A stretch of DNA of 64,000 nucleotides from Dehalococcoidia bacterium (GTDB lineage Bacteria; Chloroflexota; Dehalococcoidia; UBA2979), in assembly GCA_965219085.1 (NCBI GenBank), contig OZ244720.1, positions 1,696,001 through 1,760,000 on the forward strand, in the 5' to 3' direction. A model generated the notes under the pieces. That model did no database searches. It had not been told where the DNA came from and saw only the letters and a program-made list of their open reading frames with translations. How positions within the stretch are numbered: position 1 is the stretch's first letter; each line of letters opens with the position of its first letter. Position numbers and translations under genes: made by a program. This document shows, piece after piece, positions 51,758-62,402 of this stretch.

Positions 51758-51833
51758 TGGCGCCCCCGGGAGGATTCGAACCTCCGGCCTTCGGATTAGA
51801 AGTCCGCTGCTCTGTCCACTGAGCTACGGGGGC
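51758..51833 (-). tRNA. tRNA-Arg(TCT)
   Basis: Reverse complement GCCCCCGTAGCTCAGTGGACAGAGCAGCGGA-CT-TCT-AA-TCCGAAGGCCGGAGGTTCGAATCCTCCCGGGGGCGCCA. Confidence 0.94.
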
Positions 51834-52029
51834 CGTCGGCGTGACGACTCTGGCCGAACCATCGTACGCCGCGCAACGGGCGACGGGCGTCCACGAACGT
51901 GATTCGCTGACCGTGATATTCACTTCTGGCGCAACGGTTGCTATGATGCCCGCCCTACCACTGTTGCCGTACGCATCCGTAGACCCTGCCGTTGCCCGCC
52001 CCGCGTGGCGGTCGGAGCCGGAGTGCGAC

Positions 52030-55000
52030 GTGACCCCGAAGCGATGCTGGGCGGGCGTGCGGACGTATCGGGACACTGCGCGCGTCGGCATCGTGCTCGT
52101 GATGGCCGCGCTCGTGGCTGCCGCGCCGCCCACATCCGCGCAGTCGCAAAACGTGCTCCCGAACGGCGGGTTCGAGGACGGCGACTCCGGGTGGTCGCCG
52201 TCGGCGACCAACGCCACCTTCACCATCGACGAAACAGAACCCGTGCACGCCGGCTCCGCGGCCGCGCACCTCACGGCGAGTGACACGGGAAGCATCTCGA
52301 TCGACTCGCAGTACTGGTGGGCGCCCATCGACGAACTCAAGCCGCACGCGATGAGCATCTGGGTGCACGCCGCCGACGCCGGAATCAGCGGCGTCTCAGC
52401 GAGCCTCGAGGTGCTGGACGAAGACGGCGTGGTGCTCGAGAGCAAGACCGGCATCCCCGGGGCAGGCAGTGGGTGGCGGGAGATCACGACCATGCCTGTA
52501 CCGGCGCAGGTGGGGAGTGCGTACCTGCGAGCCGTGGTGCGTGCCACGGCAGCGAACGTCGGCGCGACCCTCCACATCGACTCGGCAGTGGTCACGCTCG
52601 CCGCGCCAGAGCCGACCGCAACGGCTACGGCGACCTCGACCGCTACAGCGACGGCGACCTCGACCGCTACGGCCACGGCGACCGCTACGGCCACGGCGAC
52701 CGCTACGGCCACGGCGACCGCGACGGCCACGGCAGCGCCGACGCCGACGCCCCCGGCGGCGCTCTCGCCCGGGAACCTCCTCCCGAACGGGGACTTCGAG
52801 GAAGGCTCCCACGGCTGGGCGGCGCCAACAAACGACGCGGCGTTCACGGTAGACGACGCCGCCCCGGCGCAGGCGGGCAACCCCGTCGCGCACCTGATCG
52901 CTACTCGGCCCGGGACGATGACGCTTACTTCGCAGTACTGGCTCGCCGAGACGAACGAACGCGCCTCGCACACCATGCGCCTCTGGGTGCACGCCGCCGA
53001 CAACGCCATCAGTGGGGTTACGGTGGCGATCGAGCTGCTGGGCGCTGAGGGAACCGTACTTGCGACCGCGATCGGTACCACGGGGAACAACACGGGTTGG
53101 CACGAGATCCGGGCCGGGCCCGTGCAGGCGATGACCGGCGGCAAGCACGTGCGCGCCGTCGTGACTACATCGGCTGCCTCTGCAGGGGCGGCACTGCATG
53201 TCGATGCGGTCGAGGTCTTCGCGTCCACGCCGGTTCCGCCGCCGCCGCCATTGCCGACACCGACGGAGGTCGCGCCGCCCCGGCCACTCCCGAAGCCCAC
53301 GGTGACGGTTCGGCCGTTGCCGGTGCTGAAGCCGACGGTCGCGCCCATGCCCGGCCCGGTCGCGGTGGCGGTCGTCAGCCTCGCCGATCCGATCACGCCG
53401 CCGGTCGCGACGCGCCCCAACCCGACGACCCCGCAGGCAGCCACTCGCCCCGCCCTGACCACCGCGCCGCCGGCGCCTGCGACGCCGGAAGGTGGAGGAG
53501 GCCTGCTCCGCAACGGCGATTTCGAAGCGCCGGGCGGGCTCTCCGGCTGGCGGAGTCGCGGGGGACAGGCTCGCGTCGACACGGAGGCCACGGGTTCACG
53601 CACGGCGGTACTGACCTCGCGCACGACCGCGACAAAGTGGCTCTACCAGACTGCGCAGGTCACGCCGGGTGCGTGGTACGAGGCGGGCGCGCGACTCCAA
53701 CTGCGCGATGACGCCGAACTGGGGCTGGTGCGCGTTGCCTGGTACGCATCGACGGACGGTAGCGGCAGGCAACTCGACACGGTCGACTCGTCGTCCGTGG
53801 CGGGCGGGGCACAGGGACTTGTCGAGGTCGCGACCGGCGCCGTGCAGGCGCCGCCGTCTGCGCGCAGCGCGCAGGTACGTCTGATGCTCCGTCCACGCGG
53901 CAGCCAGCTCGCCACCCTCGTCGCCGACGACGCGTACTTCAAGCCCACGACCCCGCCGCCGCCGCCGCCGCCCCCGACCCCAACGCCGACGGCAACCCCC
54001 ACGCCGACCCCCACGCCGACAGCGACCCCAACACCGACAGCGACCCCAACGCCGACGGCGACCCCAACCCCGACCCCAACGCCGACGGCCACCCCCACGC
54101 CGACACCGACCCCAACGCCGCCGGCCACCCCCACGCCGACACCGACCCCAACGCCGCCGGCCACCCCGACGCCGACGGCCACCCCAGCGCCGACCCCGAC
54201 GCCAACGCCAACCCCGACGCCGACGCCGACCCCAACCGCAACGCCGACCCCAACCCCAACCCCAACGCCGACACCGGCACCAACGGCAACCCCAACGCCG
54301 ATGCCGACTGCGACAGCCACACCGGCCGCGACTCCTCAGCCTGCCCCGACACCTGTGGCCAGCCCAACCCCGCTACCCACGCCGGCTGCGGACCCAACGC
54401 CGGCGGCGGCGCCGATGTCGGTGCCGCGGGTCGTGCAGGACGCTACGCCGGCAATCGCGCAGACCCCGCCGTCGGCGCTGCGACCGGCGACCCCGGCGCC
54501 TCCGGCCCAGGGGCTCTCGCCGCCCGTGACGGCCTTCGATATCCCGCTGCGCATCACCGCGCTGCTCCCAGACCCCATCGAGCCGGGGCCTGACGCCCGG
54601 TACGAGTGGATCGAGTTGACGAACGTCGGCAGGTCGCCGCTGCGTCTCGGCGGGTTCGAACTCCGCGACAACACGTCGGCTCTCACGCTGCCGGATGTTG
54701 AACTGCCCGCGAGCAGCTCGATCGTGGTGGCTGCAGTGGAGGCCGAGGTCGGCGAGGTCATCGCCATCAGGCTCGACAGCGGGCTGTTCAACGGCCTCGC
54801 CAACGCCGGCGACCGGGTCCTGCTGCTCACGCGCGAGGGCGCCGTGGTCGATGCACTGTCTTACGGCGACGACGCCAGCGCGTTCGGCCCACCCCTCGCC
54901 GCACCCGGCCCCGGTGAGCTCCTGCGGCGACACTTCGCGGCGAACGGCACACTCGTCGCCATCGAGATCGATCCGGCTGACTCGGAACCCGACGGCGCCC

Positions 55001-55269
55001 GAGTCGCGGAGGCGACCGCAGTTCCGGCCGTGGCGGATGAAGCCGCTGCGCCGTCGACGCCTGCCCCCACCGTGGCGACCGAGGCGCCGCCTCCCTCCGA
55101 CGCGAGCACGCCTGCGGCGACCGCCACCGAGGCGGTCCCGGACCAGGGCGCCGCGACCGGCGGCGACGCGGGCGTCAACCGCGCGGCCTGGATCGCGCTC
55201 GCCTCGATCGCCCTCGGCGCGCTCGCCGGTGTCGGTGCGTTCCGGCTCCGCGAGCTGCTGACCGTGTAG
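52030..55269 (+). CDS. Large surface protein: three CBM-like (NGxFE) beta-sandwich domains, Thr/Ala and Thr/Pro linkers, lamin-tail domain, C-terminal TM anchor
   Basis: Signal peptide; [26 protein letters not shown]; [33 protein letters not shown]; C-terminal hydrophobic helix plus RLR; start codon uncertain. Confidence 0.82.
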   Translation: MTPKRCWAGVRTYRDTARVGIVLVMAALVAAAPPTSAQSQNVLPNGGFEDGDSGWSPSATNATFTIDETEPVHAGSAAAHLTASDTGSISIDSQYWWAPIDELKPHAMSIWVHAADAGISGVSASLEVLDEDGVVLESKTGIPGAGSGWREITTMPVPAQVGSAYLRAVVRATAANVGATLHIDSAVVTLAAPEPTATATATSTATATATSTATATATATATATATATATATATAAPTPTPPAALSPGNLLPNGDFEEGSHGWAAPTNDAAFTVDDAAPAQAGNPVAHLIATRPGTMTLTSQYWLAETNERASHTMRLWVHAADNAISGVTVAIELLGAEGTVLATAIGTTGNNTGWHEIRAGPVQAMTGGKHVRAVVTTSAASAGAALHVDAVEVFASTPVPPPPPLPTPTEVAPPRPLPKPTVTVRPLPVLKPTVAPMPGPVAVAVVSLADPITPPVATRPNPTTPQAATRPALTTAPPAPATPEGGGGLLRNGDFEAPGGLSGWRSRGGQARVDTEATGSRTAVLTSRTTATKWLYQTAQVTPGAWYEAGARLQLRDDAELGLVRVAWYASTDGSGRQLDTVDSSSVAGGAQGLVEVATGAVQAPPSARSAQVRLMLRPRGSQLATLVADDAYFKPTTPPPPPPPPTPTPTATPTPTPTPTATPTPTATPTPTATPTPTPTPTATPTPTPTPTPPATPTPTPTPTPPATPTPTATPAPTPTPTPTPTPTPTPTATPTPTPTPTPTPAPTATPTPMPTATATPAATPQPAPTPVASPTPLPTPAADPTPAAAPMSVPRVVQDATPAIAQTPPSALRPATPAPPAQGLSPPVTAFDIPLRITALLPDPIEPGPDARYEWIELTNVGRSPLRLGGFELRDNTSALTLPDVELPASSSIVVAAVEAEVGEVIAIRLDSGLFNGLANAGDRVLLLTREGAVVDALSYGDDASAFGPPLAAPGPGELLRRHFAANGTLVAIEIDPADSEPDGARVAEATAVPAVADEAAAPSTPAPTVATEAPPPSDASTPAATATEAVPDQGAATGGDAGVNRAAWIALASIALGALAGVGAFRLRELLTV
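53950..54400 (+). repeat. Low-complexity Thr-Pro codon repeat inside the surface protein
   Basis: ACNCCN/ACNGCN hexamer array; a second Thr-Ala array lies at about 52615-52735. Confidence 0.85.
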
Positions 55270-55275
55270 TTGCCG

Positions 55276-56519
55276 CTACCGCGCGGCCGGCGGTTCGTGG
55301 CGGGGCAGCGAGACCTCGACCGCGAGCCCGCCGCCCGGGAGCGCCCGCGCCGTCGCCGTGCCGCGGTGCGCGCGCACGATGGCGCGGACGATCGAGAGGC
55401 CGAGGCCCTGCCCTCCGCGGCCGCGCGTGCGGGCGCGGTCCAGGCGCGCGAAGCGCTCGAACAGCCGCGGCGCATCCTCGTCCGCGATGAGCGGGCCCCC
55501 GTTGGCGCAGCGCAGGGTCGTGGTGTCTGGGTCCTGTGCCGTGGCGATCTCGATCCAGCCGTCGCGCTCGTTGTGATCGATGGCATTGTCGACGAGGTTG
55601 CCGGCGAGCCGGTCGAGCAGCATCGGGTCGCCCGTCACCTGAGCCGCGCCGAGGTCGAGCGTCACGCGCAGCCCGAGCTCGTCGATGTCGGCGGCGCGTG
55701 TTTCGAGGGCGCGGCGCACCGCGTCGGCGAGGTCCGCCGCCTCGTCGCGCTGCACGGGCCCCTCGGCCCGCGCAAGCACGAGCAGGCGGTCGATCAGCCC
55801 CTCGGTGCGCTCGATGGCACGGCGCACGACCTCCGCGGTGGCTTCGAGTTGCTCGCGTCCCGCGTTGGGGTCCTCGAGGGTGACGTCGATCTCGGTGCGG
55901 ATGATGGTGAGCGGCGTGCGCAGCTCGTGCGAGGCGTTGGCGACGAACTCCCGTTGCGCCTCGAACGCTGCCTGCAGGCGGTCGAGCATCGCGTCGAACT
56001 GGTCGGCGAGGTCCTTCAGCTCGTCCGGCGGCCCGTCGAGGTCGATGCGCTCCTCGAGGCGCTCGTCGGTGATGCGGCGCGCCATGTCCGCGATCTCGTG
56101 TGCCGGCCGCAGCATCCGCCGGCAACGAACCAGCCGAGGCCGATCGAGACGATGGCCATGAGCCCCAGCGCGATGCTCGAACGCCACAGCAGTTCGCGAA
56201 GCGTGTCTTCCTTGACCTGGGAGACGAGGTTGTCGAACAGCGCGGAGGCCGGCACCGCGCGGAACACACCGGGCTTGCCGCGCACCGGCTGCCCCTGGAC
56301 AAGAAAGGTGAACTCGCCTCGCAGCTCACCCGACTGGAAGTCGAGGCGCTCCTCCAGGGACTCACGCAGGTCCTCGCCGCCGGACGGGAAGTTGCGGGCA
56401 ACGAGCGCGAAGTTGAGCGCGAGCAGCACCGTGCCCGTCAGCAGGAACAGCGCGCCGTACGACAGCGTGAGGCGCAGCCGGATCGATGGCCGCTCGGGGA
56501 CGCCGAGGAGCCGGCGCAT
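55276..56519 (-). pseudogene. HAMP sensor histidine kinase with a 1-nt frameshift
   Basis: N-terminal TM part in ORF 56016-56984 (RLRLTLSY...GWFVAG), HAMP/HisKA/HATPase in ORF 55276-56187 (RMLRP...ANASHELRTPL...NLVDNA...GQGLGLSIV); one base missing near 56117. Confidence 0.85.
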
Positions 56520-57006
56520 GACCGAGGCTATCGATGAGGCCTCGGATGGTGGCGACATCACCTCGACGCAGGCGGACCGGCTCAAGGAGGTGGTCACGGC
56601 CGACCGCAGCGAACTCACCGACACCGAGATCGAGACGCTCAAGAGCCTGCGCGGCGCCATCGAGGTGGACCGCGTGGCCGTCCTCGCCTCGGTGCTCGGC
56701 ATCACGAGCGCGGAGGTCGAGACGGCGAAGGGGGACGATACGCTGCGCGACCTGCTGGCCGATGTGAACCGCGTCGCCCTCGCCGCCGCCTTCGTCGACG
56801 CGCGCGACGCCGCCATCGACGCCGCCGACGAGGCGGGCGACATCACCGCCGAGCAGGCCGAGCTGCTGCGCGACTCGGGCAAGGGCTTCCGTGGCCACAA
56901 GGGCAAGGGCCGGGGCCACCACGGCCGCTCGGGCAACGGCTGCGACAAGTCCGGCGACTGGTCCGGCGACATGAAGGACAGCACCTCCGTCGGCGACCCG
57001 GCGTAG
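56518..57006 (+). pseudogene. N-terminally truncated helical-repeat protein (GDITxxQA repeats)
   Basis: AIDEASDGGDITSTQAD...AIDAADEAGDITAEQAE...Gly/His-rich tail; no signal peptide, RBS or promoter space; ATG overlaps the kinase ATG. Confidence 0.6.
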
Positions 57007-57033
57007 TCCCCCCAACGTCGGCACCGGTCATGC

Positions 57034-57059
57034 GAAGGGGCGCCGGGAGGCGCCCCTTC
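57034..57059. terminator. Bidirectional terminator hairpin
   Basis: GAAGGGGCGCC-GGGA-GGCGCCCCTTC. Confidence 0.75.
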
Positions 57060-57089
57060 TGCGTGGCTGGCTCGTCGCGCGACCGGGCG

Positions 57090-57497
57090 CTACATCTCCC
57101 CCTCGTTCCAGAGGCCGAGGCCGACCGTAACGAACAGCATCGGCGCCACCACGTCGACGAACACCCATACCTGCGAGTCGGGCGTCTGGTCGCCCGCGGC
57201 CCACGAGATCTGCACGGCGTTCCAGAGGAAGAGCAGTGTCAGCCCCACCGCGACGAAGAACTTCGTGTTCGCCACGATGTACGCCCGCACGTCCGACTCA
57301 CCATCCGCTGCCTGCTTCGCCATGAACGTGACGTAGAGCGCGATCGCGAGGCCGACGGCCATCAGCCAGTCGAGGACGATCCAGAGCGTGGGCGTGCCAT
57401 CGTCCCACGCGTACACGAGCGGGTCGGCCACGAAGTGGATCGCGACCGCCGCCCCAATGACGGCGAGGTACACCCCCGCCAGACGCTTCACCATCAT
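57090..57497 (-). CDS. Hypothetical 4-TM membrane protein
   Basis: Four hydrophobic segments; GAAGGGGG RBS. Confidence 0.7.
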   Translation of the reverse strand: MMVKRLAGVYLAVIGAAVAIHFVADPLVYAWDDGTPTLWIVLDWLMAVGLAIALYVTFMAKQAADGESDVRAYIVANTKFFVAVGLTLLFLWNAVQISWAAGDQTPDSQVWVFVDVVAPMLFVTVGLGLWNEGEM

Positions 57498-57639
57498 CGT
57501 GATCAGCCCCCCTTCCAACTGCGACTGCGAATCACTAACGAGCGCCAGTCTACGCGTTTCTTGCTGCTTCATTAACGACTGGCGTCGCCCATGCAGGTGG
57601 AACGCTCGTCGTCTGGCCGCCGATGTCGGCACGTGCTAG

Positions 57640-57775
<136 letters not shown>

Positions 57776-57909
57776 CCCTGCGAGGACAGGCGACGGCATG
57801 TTGCAGCGGCGGCGACGCCACTCCACATGCGGCATCGTCCACTGCCTGCCCCCTCGCACGATGGGGGCGCACGGCGAAGCGCGTTCCCGCAGGTGCTGGG
57901 AGTGGCGCC

Positions 57910-58983
57910 ATGACCCACCGTTTCCTGCTCAATCGCTGGCGGCTGCGGCCACTGCTCATCGCATTCACGCTGCTCGCGGCGCTCACCGTCGTCGCCTGCA
58001 CCGGCGACGACGACGAGTCGGCCTCGACCGCGACGCCGGCTCCGCCACCGCCCACGGCGACGGCAACGCCGGCCACGGCTACGGCTACGCCCGCGCTGGC
58101 CACCGCAACCGCGTCGGCGACTCCCGGCACGGCGACACCGACGCCCACGCGAGCGGCGACGCCCGCGTTCCCGCTCACCATCGAGGACTCGGACGGCGTG
58201 GCGGTCACGCTCGAGGCGGCGCCGCAGCGCATCATCTCCTACTCGCCGGGCGTCACCGAGATCGTGTTCGCTGTCGGCGCCGGCGACAGCGTTGTCGCCG
58301 CCGACGAGTTCTCCGACTACCCCCCGGAGACGGCGGACCTGCCCAGGCTGACTTACTCGAGCCCCGACCCCGAGCGCGCGCTGGCGCTCAACCCCGACCT
58401 CGTGATCATGTCGAGCCACCAGCGTGAGCAGATCGAGCAGTTCCGCGGCCTCGGCATGACGGCGCTCTTCATCAATGAGGCGGAATCACTCGAAGGCGTG
58501 ATGGAGACGGTCGTGCAGTTGGGCGCGATCACCGGCAACCGTGAGCAGGCCGCTGAGCTGGTCGCCTCGATGCGTGCACGCGTCGACGCGATCACCAGCG
58601 CCCTCGAAGGCGTCGAGGATGGGCCGCGTGCCTTCTTCGAGCTGACCGCCGACCTCTACACCGTCGGCCCGGACACCTTCGTCGGCAACCTTCTCACGCT
58701 CGCCGGGGCGCGGAACGTCGCGACCGGCGCCAGCTCGCCGTTCCCGCAGCTCAGCGCCGAGGCGATCATCGCCGCCGACCCCGAGGTCGTGCTGCTCGCC
58801 GACGGCGCGTGGGGCGAGAGCCTCGAAACGGTATGCGCGCGTCCCGGCTGGGACGCCACCTCGGCGTGCATCAACGAGCGCGTCCACCCCGTCGACGGCG
58901 ACCTCACGAGCCGCCCCGGCCCGCGCGTGGTCGAGGGCCTCGAGGAGATCGCGCGGCTGCTCTACCCGAACCTCTTTCCCTGA
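57910..58983 (+). CDS. btuF: Cobalamin ABC substrate-binding lipoprotein
   Basis: Lipobox VVAC, FPLTIEDSDG, PQRIISYSPGVTEI, DYPP, ERALALNPDLV, SRPGPRVVEGLE; downstream of a B12 riboswitch. Confidence 0.88.
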   Translation: MTHRFLLNRWRLRPLLIAFTLLAALTVVACTGDDDESASTATPAPPPPTATATPATATATPALATATASATPGTATPTPTRAATPAFPLTIEDSDGVAVTLEAAPQRIISYSPGVTEIVFAVGAGDSVVAADEFSDYPPETADLPRLTYSSPDPERALALNPDLVIMSSHQREQIEQFRGLGMTALFINEAESLEGVMETVVQLGAITGNREQAAELVASMRARVDAITSALEGVEDGPRAFFELTADLYTVGPDTFVGNLLTLAGARNVATGASSPFPQLSAEAIIAADPEVVLLADGAWGESLETVCARPGWDATSACINERVHPVDGDLTSRPGPRVVEGLEEIARLLYPNLFP

Positions 58984-59021
58984 GCCCCCAGACACGGCTC
59001 CGATGCAATACTCGCCGTGAC

Positions 59022-59245
59022 ATGGAGATCGTCCACAGCAATCACGCGTTGGAGCGGATGGAGGAGCGCGAGATCGCAGGGCGGATGGTCGAGAGCCTGC
59101 TATTGCGCCGGAGCGGGTGGTCGAAGGGGAGACGGCGCACGAGTGCAGCGGGACGCTTGAGGATGGTCGCCGGGCGATTATCGTCCTGTCCCGCGGCCGT
59201 GAGCCGCGCACCGTCATCACCGTGATGCTCGCGCGCGGGGAGTAG
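59022..59245 (+). pseudogene. DUF4258-like toxin, frameshifted
   Basis: MEIVHSNHALERMEEREI...ESLLL continues in another frame near 59105 as APERVVEG...IIVLSRGREPRTVITVM, stop TAG 59243-59245. Confidence 0.7.
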
Positions 59246-59246
59246 G

Positions 59247-59501
59247 ATGGCCGACATGAGAGTTCGCTATGACTCCGACGCCGGCGTGGTGTTCGTCGTT
59301 CTACGCGAGCCGGAGGGCGGCGAAAGCGGCGGCGCGCGTATTGACGAGCGCCGCTACGCCCATTTCGACCGGGCCGATCGCGTGTTCGCCTATGAGTTCC
59401 TGTCCATCAGCACGGGTGTGGCGCTTGACGGCATTGAGCCGCGGGACGCCACGCTGATCCGAGAGGCCATCGACTCGATCGCGCGGCTCGCGGTCGCCTG
59501 A
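59247..59501 (+). CDS. DUF2283-like putative antitoxin
   Basis: MRVRYDSDAGVVFVVL...HFDRADRVFAYEFL; similar to 49090-49341. Confidence 0.72.
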   Translation: MADMRVRYDSDAGVVFVVLREPEGGESGGARIDERRYAHFDRADRVFAYEFLSISTGVALDGIEPRDATLIREAIDSIARLAVA

Positions 59502-59606
59502 ACGGCTCGTCGACTCAACTCGCCCGACGGAGTTCGCCGACTGTGTGCCTGCTGCCGGAGGCGTCCGGGATGCGGAGGATACCCCGCTGGAGGAGGAAAC
59601 GCGGCG

Positions 59607-60467
59607 ATGGAGCAACTCGAAGGCCGCGTAGCCGTGATCACCGGCGGCGGGAGCGGCATCGGCGAGGGGCTGGCCCACGCCTGCCACGCCGCCGGCATGC
59701 GCGTCGTGCTCGGCGACGTCGAGGAGGGCCAGGCCGCGCGCGTGGCCAACGACGTGCGCGAGCTCGGTGGCGACGCCATCAGCGTCCGCGCCGACGTCTC
59801 CTCGCGCGAGTCGCTCGAGGAACTTGCCGCCCGCGCGTACGAGGCGTTCAACGCGGTGCACCTGCTGTGCAACAACGCGGGCGTGCTCACCGCCTCGCCG
59901 CTCGTCGAGACGCCCGAGACGGACTGGGAGTGGACGCTCGGCGTGAACCTCATGGGGCCGGTCCACGGCGTGCGCGCGTTCGTGCCGAGGATGCGCGAGC
60001 AGCCCGGCGATGAGGCCCACATCGTCAACACTGCCTCGGTGGCCGGCACGTTCGCCATCGAGGGGCAGCCGATCGGCGTCTACACCGCCTCGAAGTACGC
60101 GGTCGTGGGCTACTCGGAGATGCTGCGGCTGGAGATCGCGGCCGAGGGGATCGGCGTCTCCGTGCTGTGCCCCGGCGGCGTGGCGACGCGCATCCAGGAG
60201 GCCGGGCGCAACCGCCCGGACGCCCTCGGCGGCCCGGTCGAGCAGGCGACCGAGGACCTCGCGCGCCGACGGGAGCGGGCGGCGGCCACCGGGGTATCCC
60301 CGGATCGCGGAAATCGCCCGCCTGCGATGGAGCCGCGCGAGGTGGGCGAGCGCGTGCTGGACGGGGTGCGGGCGAACCGCCTCTACATCTTTATCCACGC
60401 CGACCAGCGCGGCCCGGTCGAGGAGCGTCATCGCGAGATGATGGCGGCGTACGACGCCATCTCGTGA
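59607..60467 (+). CDS. Short-chain dehydrogenase/reductase
   Basis: VITGGGSGIG, NNAGV, VNTAS, YTASK, VLCPGGVAT. Confidence 0.94.
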   Translation: MEQLEGRVAVITGGGSGIGEGLAHACHAAGMRVVLGDVEEGQAARVANDVRELGGDAISVRADVSSRESLEELAARAYEAFNAVHLLCNNAGVLTASPLVETPETDWEWTLGVNLMGPVHGVRAFVPRMREQPGDEAHIVNTASVAGTFAIEGQPIGVYTASKYAVVGYSEMLRLEIAAEGIGVSVLCPGGVATRIQEAGRNRPDALGGPVEQATEDLARRRERAAATGVSPDRGNRPPAMEPREVGERVLDGVRANRLYIFIHADQRGPVEERHREMMAAYDAIS

Positions 60468-60477
60468 CGAGCGCGCC

Positions 60478-61011
60478 GTGACGTCACCCTCCATCGAGCC
60501 GCCTTCGGTCGAGCCACGCCGTGGCGAGCCGAGCGACGCGATGCGCGCGGAGCTGCGCGAAGCGATGCGGCTGCACGCGCGCGACGAGGTCGACGCCGCC
60601 ATCGCGGCCGCCGAGGTGCTCGTGGCCCGCGTGCCGGACTTCTGCGAAGCCCACGCCTACCTCGGCAACACGCTCGTCGCGCGCAAGCGCCGCTTCGCCG
60701 ACGGCCTCGCCGCGCTCGAGCTCGCCGCCGCGCTCTGCCCGCGCGACGCGGGCATCCTCTACACGCTCGGCTGGTGCCGGGAGTTCGTCGCGAACGCGCT
60801 CGAGAAGCCGCGCGCGCGCCACCAGCCGGTCGAGCAGGACGCCGCCACGCTCTACGCGCTGACCACAGAGGTCATGCTCCGCGCGCTCACCTGCGACCCC
60901 GAGCCGGGCCTGCGCGGCGACATCGAGGACATCCTCGACGTGGTCGCGAAGGCGACCGGCATCCCCTGGGACGAGGACGACGAGGTCGGCGATGACAGGA
61001 CGGGGACCTGA
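60478..61011 (+). CDS. TPR-like hypothetical protein
   Basis: PDFCEAHAYLGNTL...ALELAAALCPRDAGILYTLGWC. Confidence 0.7.
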   Translation: MTSPSIEPPSVEPRRGEPSDAMRAELREAMRLHARDEVDAAIAAAEVLVARVPDFCEAHAYLGNTLVARKRRFADGLAALELAAALCPRDAGILYTLGWCREFVANALEKPRARHQPVEQDAATLYALTTEVMLRALTCDPEPGLRGDIEDILDVVAKATGIPWDEDDEVGDDRTGT

Positions 61012-61808
61012 TGCCGCACCTCGACCTCGAAGGCGGCTTCCGGCTGTACTACGAGCGCCACGGGGAGGGGCCACCCGTGGTCTTCGCGCACGGCGCGGGC
61101 GGCAACGCCATGTCGTGGTGGCGGCAGGCGCCGGTCTTCGCCGAGCGCTACACGGTCGTCACGTTCGACCACCGCGCCTTCGGCCGCTCGCCGGACGCCG
61201 AGGACGGACCGGGCCGCACGGCGTTCGGCGCCGACGCGCTGGCGCTCCTCGACGGGCTCGACCTCGGGCCGGTGCACTTCGTCGCGCACTCGATGGGTGC
61301 GCGCACGGCGATCGGGCTGATGCGGCTCGACCCCGGCCGTTTCCGCTCGCTCACCATCTCCGGCTCGAACGCCGGGTGCGTCGACGACCGGCTGCGCGAG
61401 CGCAAGGCCGAGCTGCAGACCCTGGGCGTGACCGCCGGCACGCTCTTGCAGCGCGCGCTGCCCGAGGACTTCAAGGACCGCGAGCCGGAGCTGTGGCATC
61501 TCTACCGCCAGATCCGCTCGATCAACCCGCCACGCCCGCGCGACTTCCTCGCGCCCTCGCCGGAGCTGCGCAACTTCCGGGGCTCGTCGGCGCCGCGGCT
61601 GCTCGAGTCGGGCGTCCCGCTGCTGTGGATCGTCGGCGCGCTCGATCGCGTCATCCCGGCCGAGCTCGTGCGCATGTCGCACGAGCTGACGCCGGGCTCG
61701 CGCTACGCCGAGGTCCCCGGCGCGGGCCACTCGGCCTACTTCGAGCGCCCCGAGCCGTGGAACGCCCAGGTGCTGGCGTTCATCGACGAGGTGGAAGCGC
61801 GCGCGTAG
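61011..61808 (+). CDS. Alpha/beta hydrolase
   Basis: VVFAHGAGG, FDHRAFGRS, AHSMG, GALDRVIP, GAGHSAYFERP. Confidence 0.9.
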   Translation: MPHLDLEGGFRLYYERHGEGPPVVFAHGAGGNAMSWWRQAPVFAERYTVVTFDHRAFGRSPDAEDGPGRTAFGADALALLDGLDLGPVHFVAHSMGARTAIGLMRLDPGRFRSLTISGSNAGCVDDRLRERKAELQTLGVTAGTLLQRALPEDFKDREPELWHLYRQIRSINPPRPRDFLAPSPELRNFRGSSAPRLLESGVPLLWIVGALDRVIPAELVRMSHELTPGSRYAEVPGAGHSAYFERPEPWNAQVLAFIDEVEARA

Positions 61809-61846
61809 CCGGGGTGCTCGACGCTTCGGTGAGCCCTCGTGACCGT

Positions 61847-61900
61847 GGGGCCTGCGGGGTATCCCCGCGTCGAGGGGCCTGCGGGGTATCCCCGCGTCGA
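61847..61900. repeat. Two perfect tandem 27-bp units, each containing a palindrome
   Basis: GGGGCCTGCGGGGTATCCCCGCGTCGA x2, core GCGGGG-TAT-CCCCGC, between convergent genes. Confidence 0.85.
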
Positions 61901-61911
61901 GCGCGAACCGT

Positions 61912-62199
61912 CTACCCGATGCGCTCGTTGATCTCGCCGGCGAGGCGCATGTCGTAGTCGCTGATGCCGCCGACGTCGTGGGTGCTGAGCGCGACGTGGA
62001 CGCGGTTCCAGGTGTTGGTGAGCGTGGGATGGTGGTTCATGCGCTCGGCGAGTATGCCGATCTGCGTGATCAGCCCTATGGCCGCGACGAAGTCGGCGAG
62101 CTGCACCTCGCGCACGATCTCATCGCCCTCGCGGCTCCACCCGTCGAGGCCGGCGAGCGCCTCCTCGATCGCGGCGTCGTTGAGCTTGTTCGCCGGCAT
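61912..62199 (-). CDS. phhB: Pterin-4-alpha-carbinolamine dehydratase
   Basis: LDGWS...DFVAAI...AERMNHHP...LSTHDVGGISDYD. Confidence 0.9.
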   Translation of the reverse strand: MPANKLNDAAIEEALAGLDGWSREGDEIVREVQLADFVAAIGLITQIGILAERMNHHPTLTNTWNRVHVALSTHDVGGISDYDMRLAGEINERIG

Positions 62200-62292
62200 G
62201 TCGGCCCCCGTTCGGCGCGGTGTTGGCGGGAGGGTAGGAGGGTGGGGGTGAGGGATGCAAGCAGCACCGCACTGCGCAACATTCTATGAGAA

Positions 62293-62348
62293 CTACGCGA
62301 TATTGGTATGTCCCTACGCGTAATGGGACTTGCGCTACGCGTGATGGT
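62293..62348 (+). promoter_or_regulatory. Three direct repeats CTACGCG-nn-A/T-rich-GG at exact 21-bp spacing (candidate operator array)
   Basis: CTACGCG at 62293, 62314 and 62335 in an AT-richer stretch upstream of the DGQHR gene. Confidence 0.65.
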
Positions 62349-62402
62349 CGCCTACCCTCGCCAGCATCCCGCTCGTGATCGAGCAACCGTCTGGAGGTAG
62401 GA

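Noticed and set aside
55270-56517. N-terminal part of the 578-aa plus-strand ORF 55270-57006
   Set aside because: Antisense shadow of the histidine kinase; only the part from 56518 looks like protein
58990-59530. Direct repeat flanking the second TA pair (ACGGCTC..CGA..CAA..CTCGCC on both sides)
   Set aside because: Similarity is short and gapped in GC-rich DNA; cannot be distinguished from chance without statistics
61847-61910. CRISPR array (unit loosely resembles type I-E repeats, GTATCCCCGCG...AACCG)
   Set aside because: Only two directly abutting units, no spacers, no cas genes in the window
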